Source: an uncultured bacterium (GTDB lineage: Bacteria; Fidelibacterota; UBA2242). From it: 64,000 nucleotides of DNA. Positions 29,488 through 39,597 of the stretch are shown piece after piece. Position numbers and translations under genes: made by a program. The DNA lies in NCBI GenBank assembly GCA_964605705.1, contig CAZSDW010000010.1, positions 28,879-92,878 of the forward strand, given 5' to 3'. Position 1 is the first letter of the stretch, and each line of letters starts with the position of its first letter. The notes beneath the pieces were generated by a model, which worked only from the letters and a program-made list of their open reading frames with translations, searched no databases and had not been told where the DNA came from.

Positions 29488-30867
29488 TTACCACTTGCGA
29501 TAAAACGTGTAGGTTATGGTTTCAGTTGTATCGGCTTTTACAGTAATCAGGAAGAACACCTGCCGGCTGCTTTTTGTTTTATAATCATGGCTGGATTTCT
29601 TGATTTCCCAATAGCCATAAATGGAATCGATCACCTCAACATCCACCGGGTTGTCATTACGATTGGTCAATCGAATCTCGACCGTTACCGTTTCGGAATT
29701 TTTAGAGCTGCGATCGCGTTCGATAACCGTATGCTTACCTTTGACATCAAAGGCATTGCCAATGGTCAGACGCAGGGTATCTTTTTTACTCGTATGTTCG
29801 ATCCGATCTTCCCCGATGAATTGGAGCGTCTCATCAATATCTTTTTTAAACAACCTGACAATACCTTTGGGCAGTGCCATTCCCATGTTGTTTTCTCTGG
29901 TATTTTCAATTCTAAAAATAACACTCAATGGATCTTCCCGCTCGGCGTTTGCTTCGTTTTCAAACAGATAGATTTTTTGCCCTTTGCCCCGAATTTCGTC
30001 AAACAGGCTGATCTGCTTATTTTCATTATTCTTGATAGTTACCGGATACCCGAGTTCATAGATATAATAATCCGACAGAGCCCGGCTTTCAACCGGTTGC
30101 TTCTCCATAACCGTCACAGCTTCCGCCATCATGGATCTGTCAGAAAACCTTCGCCTGTCTCTGGCGATGTTCACTTCACCGGCAACCAGTTTCAATTTCG
30201 CATCCCGGTAGCTCGCCCCGGATTTGTTGTCCAGTGAAATCCAGGAGTTCAGGTCGAATCCCCGCTCCTTTTGATCCAGCACCAGGACATATTCCGCATT
30301 CCAGGACATCCCGCCAGTCAGATAACTCAATTCGGCAACAGCTTTGCCCTTGAAGTCCGAATTGATCTGCCACTCCAGGGTCGGTTGGGTAATCAACCCG
30401 CCAGGCAGTGACGGAAACTCATAATCCAGGATGTTTTCTGTGCTCACAATTCTAATCCGGTCATCCGGCAACTGCACAACCAGGTTATTTTGATCGAAAC
30501 TTAACAGTGTACCGGCAATCGATTCCGCATTATCCAGGCGAAAAGAAAGTTGTTCCCCGGTGTATTTTTCGAAAATCTTATCAGTGCTGACCAAATCATA
30601 TAAAAAATTCTGCTCAATAATTTCGATTTTATCAGCCAGTTTTGGAAAATTCAATCTGACAGTTGCGGGATGGACCTGGGCGGAAATTCCCTCGACTTTC
30701 AGTGTATTCAGCCCCTTTTCGAGGGACAGATTTTTTTCCTGGTAAACCAATCCTAAATTGTCGTTATAGATTGTCACCTGCGTATTTTTCAAATCATTTG
30801 CCGATAGTCCACTCAAGAATAACGCAAACAGGATCAAAAGGATAATCGATTTGTAATCCTTCCGCAT
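29488..30867 (-). CDS. DUF4139 domain secreted protein
   Basis: signal peptide, VTIYNDNLGLV, YLTGGMSWNAEY, KLVAGEV, LPKGIVRLF, IGEDRIEHT. Confidence 0.8.
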   Translation of the reverse strand: MRKDYKSIILLILFALFLSGLSANDLKNTQVTIYNDNLGLVYQEKNLSLEKGLNTLKVEGISAQVHPATVRLNFPKLADKIEIIEQNFLYDLVSTDKIFEKYTGEQLSFRLDNAESIAGTLLSFDQNNLVVQLPDDRIRIVSTENILDYEFPSLPGGLITQPTLEWQINSDFKGKAVAELSYLTGGMSWNAEYVLVLDQKERGFDLNSWISLDNKSGASYRDAKLKLVAGEVNIARDRRRFSDRSMMAEAVTVMEKQPVESRALSDYYIYELGYPVTIKNNENKQISLFDEIRGKGQKIYLFENEANAEREDPLSVIFRIENTRENNMGMALPKGIVRLFKKDIDETLQFIGEDRIEHTSKKDTLRLTIGNAFDVKGKHTVIERDRSSKNSETVTVEIRLTNRNDNPVDVEVIDSIYGYWEIKKSSHDYKTKSSRQVFFLITVKADTTETITYTFYRKW

Positions 30868-30899
30868 GACGACTCCTGTAAAAATTGGGTTTATATTTT

Positions 30900-33560
30900 C
30901 TATTCGAGAGCTTTCAGATTCGTTTCCAGTTTAAAAAGCTGTCCCTGCAGCAGTTTTTCTTTGTCCTGCTCCTTGGAAACAACCTCCTGCGGTGCCCGCG
31001 CCAGAAAATTCGGATTGGAAAGCTTCCCCGTGACTGACTTTAACAACCCCTGTAAGCGATGAATCTCTTTTCCCAGACGCTGCTTTTCGGCGTCCACATC
31101 GATCAATCCTTCCAGTGGAATAAAAAACTCGGTGCCATGTACCACCACGGTTGATGCCGGATGTGGTTTTTCACCATCACCGGAAATTTGTATATCCGAG
31201 ATTTTTACCAGTTTCGTGACATATTCCGACAGTGCTTCATTTTTAATCAGCTGCAGGGGCAGTTGATCTGCACCGCCGCGAACAACCAGCTTCAGCCGGC
31301 AGGCAGGCGGGATGTTCATTTCGCTGCGGGCTGTCCGCAGGGCGATAATCATTTCCTGTACAACTTTGAATGTCTGTTCGGTATTTCCATCGCCGATATG
31401 GTATTTCAGTTTTGGCCAATTAGACACGACAATATCCGATTCTGACGGGGATTTCAGGTGCTGGTAAATCTCTTCCGTGATGAACGGGGCATAGGGGTGC
31501 AGAATTTTCAGGATATTTTTCAACACAAAAATTGCCACTGACAGGGCGGTCATTTTCACTTCTGCCGATTTTTTATAGAACCGGTCCTTAATCAGTTCAA
31601 TATACCAGTCACAATAATCACTCCAGACAAAATCATAAATCGTCCGGGCGACTTCATCGAAACGAAACCGTTTCAGATTTTTATCAACATTGGATACCGT
31701 CTTTTTCAGTTTTCCCAGAATCCATTGATCAGCCAGTGTCAGCTCTGTCTCTCCCGGATCAAAGTCCTGCTCCAGCACGGCGTCATCATCAATATTCATC
31801 AGAATAAAACGGGAAGCATTCCAGACCTTATTCATAAAATTGCGACCGACTTCCAGCCGCTCCTCGGAGAATAAAATGTCCTGTCCCTGGGGTGCAATTA
31901 ACATGATCCCGAATCGTAAGGCGTCCGCACCGTATTTTTCCACAAGATCCAACGGATCCGGCGAATTGCCGAGCGACTTGCTCATTTTACGCCCCTTGAT
32001 ATCGCGGATCAAACCGGTGTAGTAAACATCCGAAAAGGGAATATCACCCGTAAATTCCAGGCTCGCCATGATCATCCGGGCAACCCAGAAGAAAATAATA
32101 TCCGGTGCAGTGATCAGGGTACTGGTCGGAAAAAAGGCTTTTAAATCGCTTGTCTTTGCGGGCCAGCCCATTGTTGAAAAGGGCCAGAGCCAGGAACTGA
32201 ACCAGGTGTCCAGCACATCGGAATCCTGGTAAACCGTGCCACCACATTTCGGGCATTTTGGTGGATCTGCCGGAAGCGCATCGGTCCAGTCACAACTGTT
32301 ACAGTAAAATACCGGTATCCGGTGTCCCCACCACAACTGCCGGGAAATACACCAGTCACGGATATTGGTCATCCAGTGATCGTAGGTTTTTACCCAGCGC
32401 GGGGGATGAAATTTGATCTTGCCTTCATCGACGACTTTGATCGCCGGAGTAGCCAGCGGTTCCATTTTGACAAACCACTGATCCGAAAGATAGGGTTCAA
32501 TCATCACCCCTGCCCGTTCACTGTAGCCAACGCTATGCGTATAGTCTTCAACTTTTTCCAGTAATCCCAGTCGTTCCATTTCTGCCACAACCAGTTTGCG
32601 GGCATCGAACCGGTCTTTGCCTTCGACCAATGGTCCCGCGGCAGTATTCATCGTCGCATCGGGATTCATAATATTGATTTTCTCAAGCCCGTGTCGTTCG
32701 CCAATTTCAAAATCGTTGGGATCGTGAGCCGGCGTCACCTTGACCGCGCCGGTACCGAATTCCACGTCAACAAAGTCATCCGCTATAATCGGAATCTTCC
32801 GGTTCATAATTGGCAGAAGAACTGTTTTACCGACCAATTTCTCAAAGCGTTTATCCTTGGGATTGACCGCAACAGCGGTATCGCCGAGCATGGTTTCCGG
32901 ACGGGTTGTCGCGACGGTCAGATGCCCACTGCCATCTTCCAGTGGGTACTTGAAATACCACAGATGTCCCCGGGTTTCTTTGTGGATGACCTCTTCGTCG
33001 GAGAGGGCGGTCCGGGACACCGGACACCAATTGATAATCTTGCGTCCCCGGTAGATCAATCCTTTGCGATAGAGATGCACAAACACCTGACGTACCGCAT
33101 TGGACAGACCTTCATCCAGAGTAAAACGTTCGCGTTCCCAGTCACAGGAACAGCCGATTTTGCGCAGCTGGATCAGGATAATCGATTTGTGTTTATTTGC
33201 CCATTCCCAGACAATTTTCAAAAAATCCTCCCGCTCAAAATCATAGCGGGTTTTACCCTCTTTGCGGAGCTTCTTTTCCACGACATTCTGGGTAGCAATA
33301 CCGGCATGATCGGCGCCCGGCAGCCAGAGAACTTCATAGCCGCTCATCCGGGCGTGACGAATTAATATATCCTGGAGGGTATTATTTAAGACGTGTCCAA
33401 GGTGAAGTATCCCGGTTACATTCGGAGGCGGAATGACAATGACATAGGGCTTTTTAGCGGAGTGATTATCTGCATGAAAATAATGTTGATTGACCCAGTA
33501 TTCGTACCAGCGGGATTCGACATGTTTCGGATCATAAACTTTCTCTAACTGAACTGCCAA
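30900..33560 (-). CDS. valS: valine--tRNA ligase
   Basis: PPPNVTGILHLGH (HIGH-like), ATTRPETM, ISRQLWWGH, KMSKS, C-terminal coiled-coil arm; TTG start. Confidence 0.97.
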   Translation of the reverse strand: MAVQLEKVYDPKHVESRWYEYWVNQHYFHADNHSAKKPYVIVIPPPNVTGILHLGHVLNNTLQDILIRHARMSGYEVLWLPGADHAGIATQNVVEKKLRKEGKTRYDFEREDFLKIVWEWANKHKSIILIQLRKIGCSCDWERERFTLDEGLSNAVRQVFVHLYRKGLIYRGRKIINWCPVSRTALSDEEVIHKETRGHLWYFKYPLEDGSGHLTVATTRPETMLGDTAVAVNPKDKRFEKLVGKTVLLPIMNRKIPIIADDFVDVEFGTGAVKVTPAHDPNDFEIGERHGLEKINIMNPDATMNTAAGPLVEGKDRFDARKLVVAEMERLGLLEKVEDYTHSVGYSERAGVMIEPYLSDQWFVKMEPLATPAIKVVDEGKIKFHPPRWVKTYDHWMTNIRDWCISRQLWWGHRIPVFYCNSCDWTDALPADPPKCPKCGGTVYQDSDVLDTWFSSWLWPFSTMGWPAKTSDLKAFFPTSTLITAPDIIFFWVARMIMASLEFTGDIPFSDVYYTGLIRDIKGRKMSKSLGNSPDPLDLVEKYGADALRFGIMLIAPQGQDILFSEERLEVGRNFMNKVWNASRFILMNIDDDAVLEQDFDPGETELTLADQWILGKLKKTVSNVDKNLKRFRFDEVARTIYDFVWSDYCDWYIELIKDRFYKKSAEVKMTALSVAIFVLKNILKILHPYAPFITEEIYQHLKSPSESDIVVSNWPKLKYHIGDGNTEQTFKVVQEMIIALRTARSEMNIPPACRLKLVVRGGADQLPLQLIKNEALSEYVTKLVKISDIQISGDGEKPHPASTVVVHGTEFFIPLEGLIDVDAEKQRLGKEIHRLQGLLKSVTGKLSNPNFLARAPQEVVSKEQDKEKLLQGQLFKLETNLKALE

Positions 33561-33571
33561 GCTGCACCTTT

Positions 33572-34102
33572 CTAAGATTCTAAAATAAGACTGAACGCGG
33601 TTGTGAGTTTCAGGACATTCAGGTTTGCCTGCTTCAAGCGTCGGCTGAGAACCCGGGCAATATTCTGCATAACGTGATGACCGATGACAGGATATTTATC
33701 ACAAATACTGAAAAAATCGTTCTTGTCAACTCGGGCGATTTTGCAGATTGAGACAGCCTTCACCGTAGCACTGCGTTTATCGTCATCGCTGAAAAGGCTC
33801 ATTTCACCAAAAAAGGGACGAATATCACTGGACAATAAAATCAGACTTTTTTCACGGGTGTCTGAGGGCGAAGCATTGGTTTTCAAGGTCAATGCCTGTG
33901 AAATCTCCACCCTGCCATCCAACAGAATCAGAATGGAATTCCCCTTGTCGCCTTCCTGCAGAATGGTATCCCCTTTATTGAATTCAACGGGAACGATTAC
34001 CTTACAAAATTTATCGATCTGATCCTCACTTAACCCGGAAAAGATTTCATAATCTTTCAGGATTTGGGGATTATATTCACAAATTTCATTTTTCTTCTTC
34101 AT
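33572..34102 (-). CDS. stand-alone cyclic nucleotide-binding domain protein (no HTH)
   Basis: GDTILQEGDKG, FFGEMSLFSDDDKRSATV phosphate-binding cassette; ends after the C-helix. Confidence 0.85.
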   Translation of the reverse strand: MKKKNEICEYNPQILKDYEIFSGLSEDQIDKFCKVIVPVEFNKGDTILQEGDKGNSILILLDGRVEISQALTLKTNASPSDTREKSLILLSSDIRPFFGEMSLFSDDDKRSATVKAVSICKIARVDKNDFFSICDKYPVIGHHVMQNIARVLSRRLKQANLNVLKLTTAFSLILES

Positions 34103-35244
34103 TATATCAGCACCACCGCTTTATCGTTATCCTGAATCAGGTATTCATCGTCAGGATTTAAATTGATAATGGTTTTACTCTCCTCGCCAAGAGAGCGCCC
34201 CGCCTCTTTTAATTTCCTTTCAATAAAGGCATCCAGGTGGCTGGAATCGGAGGAGAGAAAGTCGGTCACACCGATGGACTCCACCTCCGCAACAACGCCC
34301 AGAACAATCATCTTATGCTGGGTTTTAAAGTGCTCGGACAGTTCCCTGAAGCTCTTGCCCTGCAATTTGGATGGAATAGCAACCGTGGCGATTCGGTGGG
34401 CACTTTTGGCACTGAACAGATTCAGCGCCACATCCGATATTCCCGGTTCGATGACATCGCCCGCCAGGAGAAAATCGATAAACTGGTCGCTGACAAAAAC
34501 CTCATCGGCTTTTGCCCGCTTGACATGAACCTCGTTTTCGGAATTCATGATAAAGGCAACAACCTTTTTCTTGGGATAGGTGGATTTTATATTCAGGGTT
34601 GCCAGCAGCGTTTTTTCATCCGCCACCAGAGGATCGTGCTCAATCAGATTCGGTAAAAGGATAATGGTCTTTGCCTCCTGAATATTTGCCCGTTCCAGGG
34701 GAGCATTCCGTGTATAATCACCGCGGATAAATTTGACGCCGTTTTTACGAAACCGATCCAGAACACTGTTGATTTCATCTTCCGGCAGTTCATTGACCAG
34801 AACAACTTTTGGCACTTTAGGTTTAGAAAGTGCAAAAAGGGTGTCAATAATAGGTTCGGCTTTATTGTTCCAGCCACAAATAATAATATGATCTAAAACT
34901 TTTATGGATTCCAATCCCTGGTCCTCCCTGATTTTACGAGCTACAAATATTGATGAAATTGTCGCTGTGATTAAGGATACGATCGCCACACCGGAGATCA
35001 TCACAAATATACCAACCAGGCGCCCGCCGATTGTAATCGGTGAAATATCACCATAACCGACCGTAAATACCGTTACCAGCGCCCACCAGACCGAATCCCA
35101 CAAGCCCCGGTATTCCTCGGGATTCTGCTGTTCTTCAAAAAATAAAACCAGCACTGAGGCAACGATTGTCAGTACTGCCAGCGCCAGGAAAATTCTGAAA
35201 ATTGACTTGCTGAAAATCGACTTTAAAGTTTCAATGAATCCCAA
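34102..35244 (-). CDS. 2-TM potassium channel with RCK/TrkA-N domain
   Basis: WWALVTVFTVGYGD selectivity filter, HIIICGW, GDYT, RCK C-terminus; 1-nt overlap with the downstream gene. Confidence 0.9.
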   Translation of the reverse strand: MGFIETLKSIFSKSIFRIFLALAVLTIVASVLVLFFEEQQNPEEYRGLWDSVWWALVTVFTVGYGDISPITIGGRLVGIFVMISGVAIVSLITATISSIFVARKIREDQGLESIKVLDHIIICGWNNKAEPIIDTLFALSKPKVPKVVLVNELPEDEINSVLDRFRKNGVKFIRGDYTRNAPLERANIQEAKTIILLPNLIEHDPLVADEKTLLATLNIKSTYPKKKVVAFIMNSENEVHVKRAKADEVFVSDQFIDFLLAGDVIEPGISDVALNLFSAKSAHRIATVAIPSKLQGKSFRELSEHFKTQHKMIVLGVVAEVESIGVTDFLSSDSSHLDAFIERKLKEAGRSLGEESKTIINLNPDDEYLIQDNDKAVVLI

Positions 35245-35498
35245 ATTTAGCTATTACCCTCCAGCCATCATTTTTACCAGGAAAGATTTTACTTAAAATG
35301 CGGTTGAAAGTCAACTACGGTGTGAGGTATTTAAAAGGGGAGCCGTATCGAGATCATAACAATCTCTTGGCAGGAGACACTGAAAAAAACTTTATAACAT
35401 CATATTTCAGTTATACGGAATTATTAAAAGCGGTCTATCTGGCAAGTTAAAGCCCTTGAAAGCTGACCGGGGCAGACAGATTCTCCCGCAACAGATTT

Positions 35499-36362
35499 TT
35501 AACAGTACCGGTAATTTTTCTCGATGGCGTCTTTTGCAATTTTCAGAATCTCTTCATCAGTCAACTGACAGAGTTCTTCGGCTTTCAAGACCGGGTGAAT
35601 AACGATTTCCAGATGCGTCCGGGGATCGATGACAAATCTGTTTTTCGGTTTCAAGGTGTAAAATCCATTTAAGGTAATCGGCAGAACATCCAATCTGGCT
35701 GCCCGCAAAATGCGGATAAATCCCTTTCGAAAAGGACCCAGCTGACCGTTTAATGTCCGGCTGCCTTCGGGAAAAATACAGATGGTCATATTCTCTTCGG
35801 CTTTTCTGATTGCCTGTTCAATCGATTCCCGGGAGCGCTTGGGTTGCCCCGGTTCGATCGCAATATAGTGATTCATTTTCAGAAGTCGTCCAAAACCGAT
35901 AATCCTGGTCAGATATTCCCTGCCAATCCACGATATCTGTGGAACAACATTCATAATTGCCGGAATATCATAAATGCTGGTGTGATTGGCAATAATCAGA
36001 TGTTTTCTCTTGCGATTGATCTGTTCCAGTCCCCGGATTTTGATCCGCTTACCCGTGAACAGAAATATCCCTTTTGCCCAGATAATATGTCCCAGGCGTA
36101 CGACTGAATTAAATCGTAAATAACTGAATAAAATCCCGATAATGACAACAATTCCCGTAAAGCTGTATTGCATGCCATATACCAGCAACGTGTAAAGTAC
36201 TAAGAGAGAATGCATCAGATTCGTTTTATTTAACTTTGGAAACATGGAATAGATACTAAGAATAACTGGTAAAAATTTCAACAGATATTTTTGTCTGATA
36301 CTGCTTATGTCTAAATCTCCACAAAATAACAGACAATAAAATATAATGAGTTGAAAGTTCAT
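35499..36362 (-). CDS. plsC: 1-acyl-sn-glycerol-3-phosphate acyltransferase
   Basis: IANHTSIYD (HxxxxD), FPEGSRT, LPITL; true start uncertain (possibly 36245 or 36215). Confidence 0.85.
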   Translation of the reverse strand: MNFQLIIFYCLLFCGDLDISSIRQKYLLKFLPVILSIYSMFPKLNKTNLMHSLLVLYTLLVYGMQYSFTGIVVIIGILFSYLRFNSVVRLGHIIWAKGIFLFTGKRIKIRGLEQINRKRKHLIIANHTSIYDIPAIMNVVPQISWIGREYLTRIIGFGRLLKMNHYIAIEPGQPKRSRESIEQAIRKAEENMTICIFPEGSRTLNGQLGPFRKGFIRILRAARLDVLPITLNGFYTLKPKNRFVIDPRTHLEIVIHPVLKAEELCQLTDEEILKIAKDAIEKNYRYC

Positions 36363-36657
36363 CCACCGGAATTCACGAAAAAATTAATCCACCATCATCA
36401 ACCTATGAAATCAATGCCACTGGTATTGTGAACACACCGGGCGCCGGTTCCGCATTTTCCGAATTTATTGCATCCTCTCCGGGAGTCGGTTTAACAATAT
36501 CCTTCCATCATAATATTTTTGTCTGAGGATTAAAGTTCGGGAAAAGCTGCCTTTGTCTGGATAATGTAGCTATACCTAATTATAAAAAATTTTTGCAGCC
36601 TAAAACGTATCGACGGAACTGTTCTGCCAACCACAGATACTACGGTGGACTTTTAAT

Positions 36658-36735
36658 TGGAGTATTGGAGTGATGGAGCGATGGCGGGCTGTTTTTAACA
36701 ACAGTTATCCAATATTCCAACACTCCATTACTCCA
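36658..36735. repeat. inverted octamer-repeat hairpin (TGGAGTAT/TGGAGTGA units vs CCAACACT/CCATTACT units)
   Basis: three TGGAGYRW-type units + TGG (36658-36684) mirrored by CCAATATT-CCAACACT-CCATTACT-CCA (36709-36735). Confidence 0.7.
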
Positions 36736-36745
36736 TTCTCACATT

Positions 36746-37720
36746 TTACCAGTACGCAAACGGCATTATAAAGAAACTCCACCCCTGCACCCTGTCGGCA
36801 GTGAATTGTCCTAATTCCGAATCATATTTTCGCCGGTTTTCATAGACACAACCGAAACTGGCGCCAATCATCCATTTCCAGAAGGGAATCGCTTTTCCAT
36901 ACACCATTCTCAAGCGGGAGATGCCCCGCTCACCATTGGAGACCGGATATTGAATCTGGAATTCAGCAACACTATTCTGCCACAGAGTCCAGTCATAAGC
37001 CGCCCGATTCAGGCGGTCGCGGGTAAAAGAAAACAGCGCCGTATTCGAAATTTCCGGCATCCCATAATTCCGGTAACCAAGCAGAATATTCCAGCCATGG
37101 GAAAAACTGCCCTGGCTGCCACCGCCTTTTAATTTCCATTCAATCCGATACCAGTTCGCCCGGAACAGGTTATTATTGAAAATCTCATACAAGCCGCCGG
37201 TCAGTACCAATCCGCTGGCGCCATCCGCCGCCATTACGAGTTCTTCCTGGTCATTCATGGTCATAAATGCAGCAATCTGTCCGGCGAACAGACTGACCGA
37301 CCAGGGTTCCTGGTTCCCGCCACTGATACTCCTGATCAGGTTATAGTCCTTGAAAACCGTAAATTCATCATAAAATTTTTTGTGCGAACTTTCAGTCCAG
37401 GAAGATATAGCCGTTGTGGGATACAAGGTAAATTCGATCAAACCATATTCCGGTCTGTACGAACGAAGCAGCAGGTCTTTATAAAGTTTGAATTCATTAT
37501 CCAGGTAGATATAAACTTGCTGATCTTTTTTTATCTGATAAAACAGATTGGTATAACTGTGATAAGGACCCAGTGTCAGAGAGGTACCCAAATCCCTGTC
37601 AAACACGGTCCAGTGCTTATTCCATTGACCCAAACCGGGATTGTTAAATAAAAAAATAATCAGAACGGTTGCAAAAATATGGAACAGTTTTTTTATATTA
37701 TGGAACAACGCAAGATTCAT
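36746..37720 (-). CDS. secreted, probably outer-membrane beta-barrel hypothetical protein (324 aa)
   Basis: signal peptide after the Met at 37720; aromatic-rich alternating strands; ends FFIMPFAYW with a terminal aromatic; the track extension to 38173 overlaps the patatin gene. Confidence 0.6.
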   Translation of the reverse strand: MNLALFHNIKKLFHIFATVLIIFLFNNPGLGQWNKHWTVFDRDLGTSLTLGPYHSYTNLFYQIKKDQQVYIYLDNEFKLYKDLLLRSYRPEYGLIEFTLYPTTAISSWTESSHKKFYDEFTVFKDYNLIRSISGGNQEPWSVSLFAGQIAAFMTMNDQEELVMAADGASGLVLTGGLYEIFNNNLFRANWYRIEWKLKGGGSQGSFSHGWNILLGYRNYGMPEISNTALFSFTRDRLNRAAYDWTLWQNSVAEFQIQYPVSNGERGISRLRMVYGKAIPFWKWMIGASFGCVYENRRKYDSELGQFTADRVQGWSFFIMPFAYW

Positions 37721-37802
37721 GACACTATAAATTACAAATAAGTGTGCTTTTTCAAAATCCCAATATTTGAAATCAATCCAAAAAGATACCCGTGGGGGAC
37801 AA

Positions 37803-38705
37803 ATGAAAAAATCCTTCGGTAAAGTGGCTTTGGCGCTCAGCGGTGGCGGAGCACTTGGACTCGCCCATATCGGCGCCTTAAAAGCATTGAAAGAAAATGG
37901 AATCCGACCTTCTATCATTTCCGGCACCAGCGCCGGCTCTATTATTGGCGCAATGGTTGCCCGCGGTTTACCTATCGATGAAATTGAAGATATTGCCCTG
38001 TCAATCGATCTCAAAAAGACCTTACAGCTGTTATCGCCCTCCATTCCCCGAGGCGGCTTGATGGATCCGAAGAATTTTGTCACGTTTATGGAAAATATCG
38101 TTGGCAGGGATACGCTTATCGAGGATTTAGCGATTTCCTTTATTGCCGTAACCGTTGACTTTCGGAATGGCAATATTCTCTACCTGAACAAAGGACGGCT
38201 GGTTGACGCCATCCGCGCCAGTATATCCATCCCCGGCGTATTCAAACCTCTCGCCGCCAACGGATCACTGCTGGTCGATGGTGGTCTGCGTGAGAACCTG
38301 CCGCTCCGTGCATTGAAAAAATATCCGCATGACACGTTGATGGGAATCAATGTTTTGAAAACGCCACAGTTAAAATTCGAGGGACTTTTTACCGGAATCG
38401 ATGTCCAGAAAAATCCGCTACACGCCGAAGGAGATTCCTTCCTCGAACGAATTAGCTCCGCCATCCAGATTGCAAAAACCAACCGCCTGAACCATCTGCC
38501 CCGCTTAACTTATATCGGTTATCAGTCGATCCTGATTTTACTGACAGAGTTATCCAACAAGGAAATCCAGCTGACCAATCCCGATCTTGTCCTGCATCTC
38601 AACCTGTCAAAATTACAAATCTGGGAATTTTGGCGGGCAGCGGAAGCGATTGAAATCGGATACAACGAATCTAAAAAACAACTGCATGAATTTCTGAGCA
38701 ACTGA
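37803..38705 (+). CDS. patatin-like phospholipase
   Basis: LSGGGALG, GTSAG (catalytic Ser), ASISIPGVF, DGG; ATG 37803 with GGGGA RBS. Confidence 0.9.
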   Translation: MKKSFGKVALALSGGGALGLAHIGALKALKENGIRPSIISGTSAGSIIGAMVARGLPIDEIEDIALSIDLKKTLQLLSPSIPRGGLMDPKNFVTFMENIVGRDTLIEDLAISFIAVTVDFRNGNILYLNKGRLVDAIRASISIPGVFKPLAANGSLLVDGGLRENLPLRALKKYPHDTLMGINVLKTPQLKFEGLFTGIDVQKNPLHAEGDSFLERISSAIQIAKTNRLNHLPRLTYIGYQSILILLTELSNKEIQLTNPDLVLHLNLSKLQIWEFWRAAEAIEIGYNESKKQLHEFLSN

Positions 38706-38982
38706 CCACTTGACTGTTTAATTCATAAACCACTCCAGCAGGAGCCCCGCCGGGTCGGAGATTCTTCTGGAGGAGACTCTCCTTTCGAAAGAGCAGGGCG
38801 ACATATAGGTTGCACCTGTAATTAATTGTTGTTAAAATAATGTCAGAAAGTAGTATGCTGGGACAATTGCTTCAATGTCACGATAAAAAAACTCTCTGTA
38901 ATCCTGTTACTTATATATCGTCAGCCAACCGGATCAGCGGACGGCTTGCCGGCAGACTTATCCAAAATGAATTGAAGGAACA

Positions 38983-39597
38983 ATGACAAAAGACATTTAT
39001 AGAGAATTTTTTAACACGATGGCTAACCTGGTTTCGTTCAATGAAATCGTTTATTCCGGAATTCAAGCCGTCGATTACCGTATTCTCAAGGTCAATCCGG
39101 CTTTTGAAAACTGTCTCGGGATTCCCGGAGCAAAAATCGTCAACAAGCTGGCTTCAGATATATATCAAGAAACGCCGCCCCGGGATATCGAAATCTACGC
39201 GGAAATTTCCCGATCCGGCGTACCACGTCACTTTAAAACATACCTCAAGCGGATTGATAAACACTTTATTATATCAGCCACTTCTCCGGAAAAAGGGAAG
39301 TTCATTGCCGTATTTTCGGATATCAGTCAATATGCCCAAACCTGCGTTGAACAGGAAGAAATGATTAATGCATTACAGGCGAAGCTCAAGAAAACCCGCA
39401 CACTCAGTGGTCTCATTCCGATCTGCTCAAACTGTAAAAAAATCAGGGAAAAACAGGGCAGCTGGACCCAGGTTGAGTCATTTATCAGCCGCTACAGTGA
39501 TGTGCGCTTTACCCATGGTATTTGCCCGGACTGTATGAAGTTGCTCTATCCCGGATTTATCATTGAAGAACAGAATGAAGAGGAGGAGCAACATTGA
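38983..39597 (+). CDS. PAS domain protein with C-terminal CxxC...CxxC domain
   Basis: DYRILKVNPAFE PAS; tail LIPICSNCKKIR...W...THGICPDC; no kinase, cyclase or HTH. Confidence 0.8.
   Translation: MTKDIYREFFNTMANLVSFNEIVYSGIQAVDYRILKVNPAFENCLGIPGAKIVNKLASDIYQETPPRDIEIYAEISRSGVPRHFKTYLKRIDKHFIISATSPEKGKFIAVFSDISQYAQTCVEQEEMINALQAKLKKTRTLSGLIPICSNCKKIREKQGSWTQVESFISRYSDVRFTHGICPDCMKLLYPGFIIEEQNEEEEQH

Noticed and set aside
29341-30237. 298-aa + strand ORF
   Set aside because: Antisense shadow of the DUF4139 gene and recG 5' end; no recognisable motifs
36395-36507. Short protein-like minus-strand frame WKDIVKPTPGEDAINSENAEPAPGVFTIPVALIS
   Set aside because: Preceded directly by TGA, with no start codon and no recognisable family
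37721-38173. 151-aa N-terminal extension of the 36746-38173 ORF
   Set aside because: Overlaps the well-supported patatin gene on the opposite strand; a signal peptide begins at the Met at 37720
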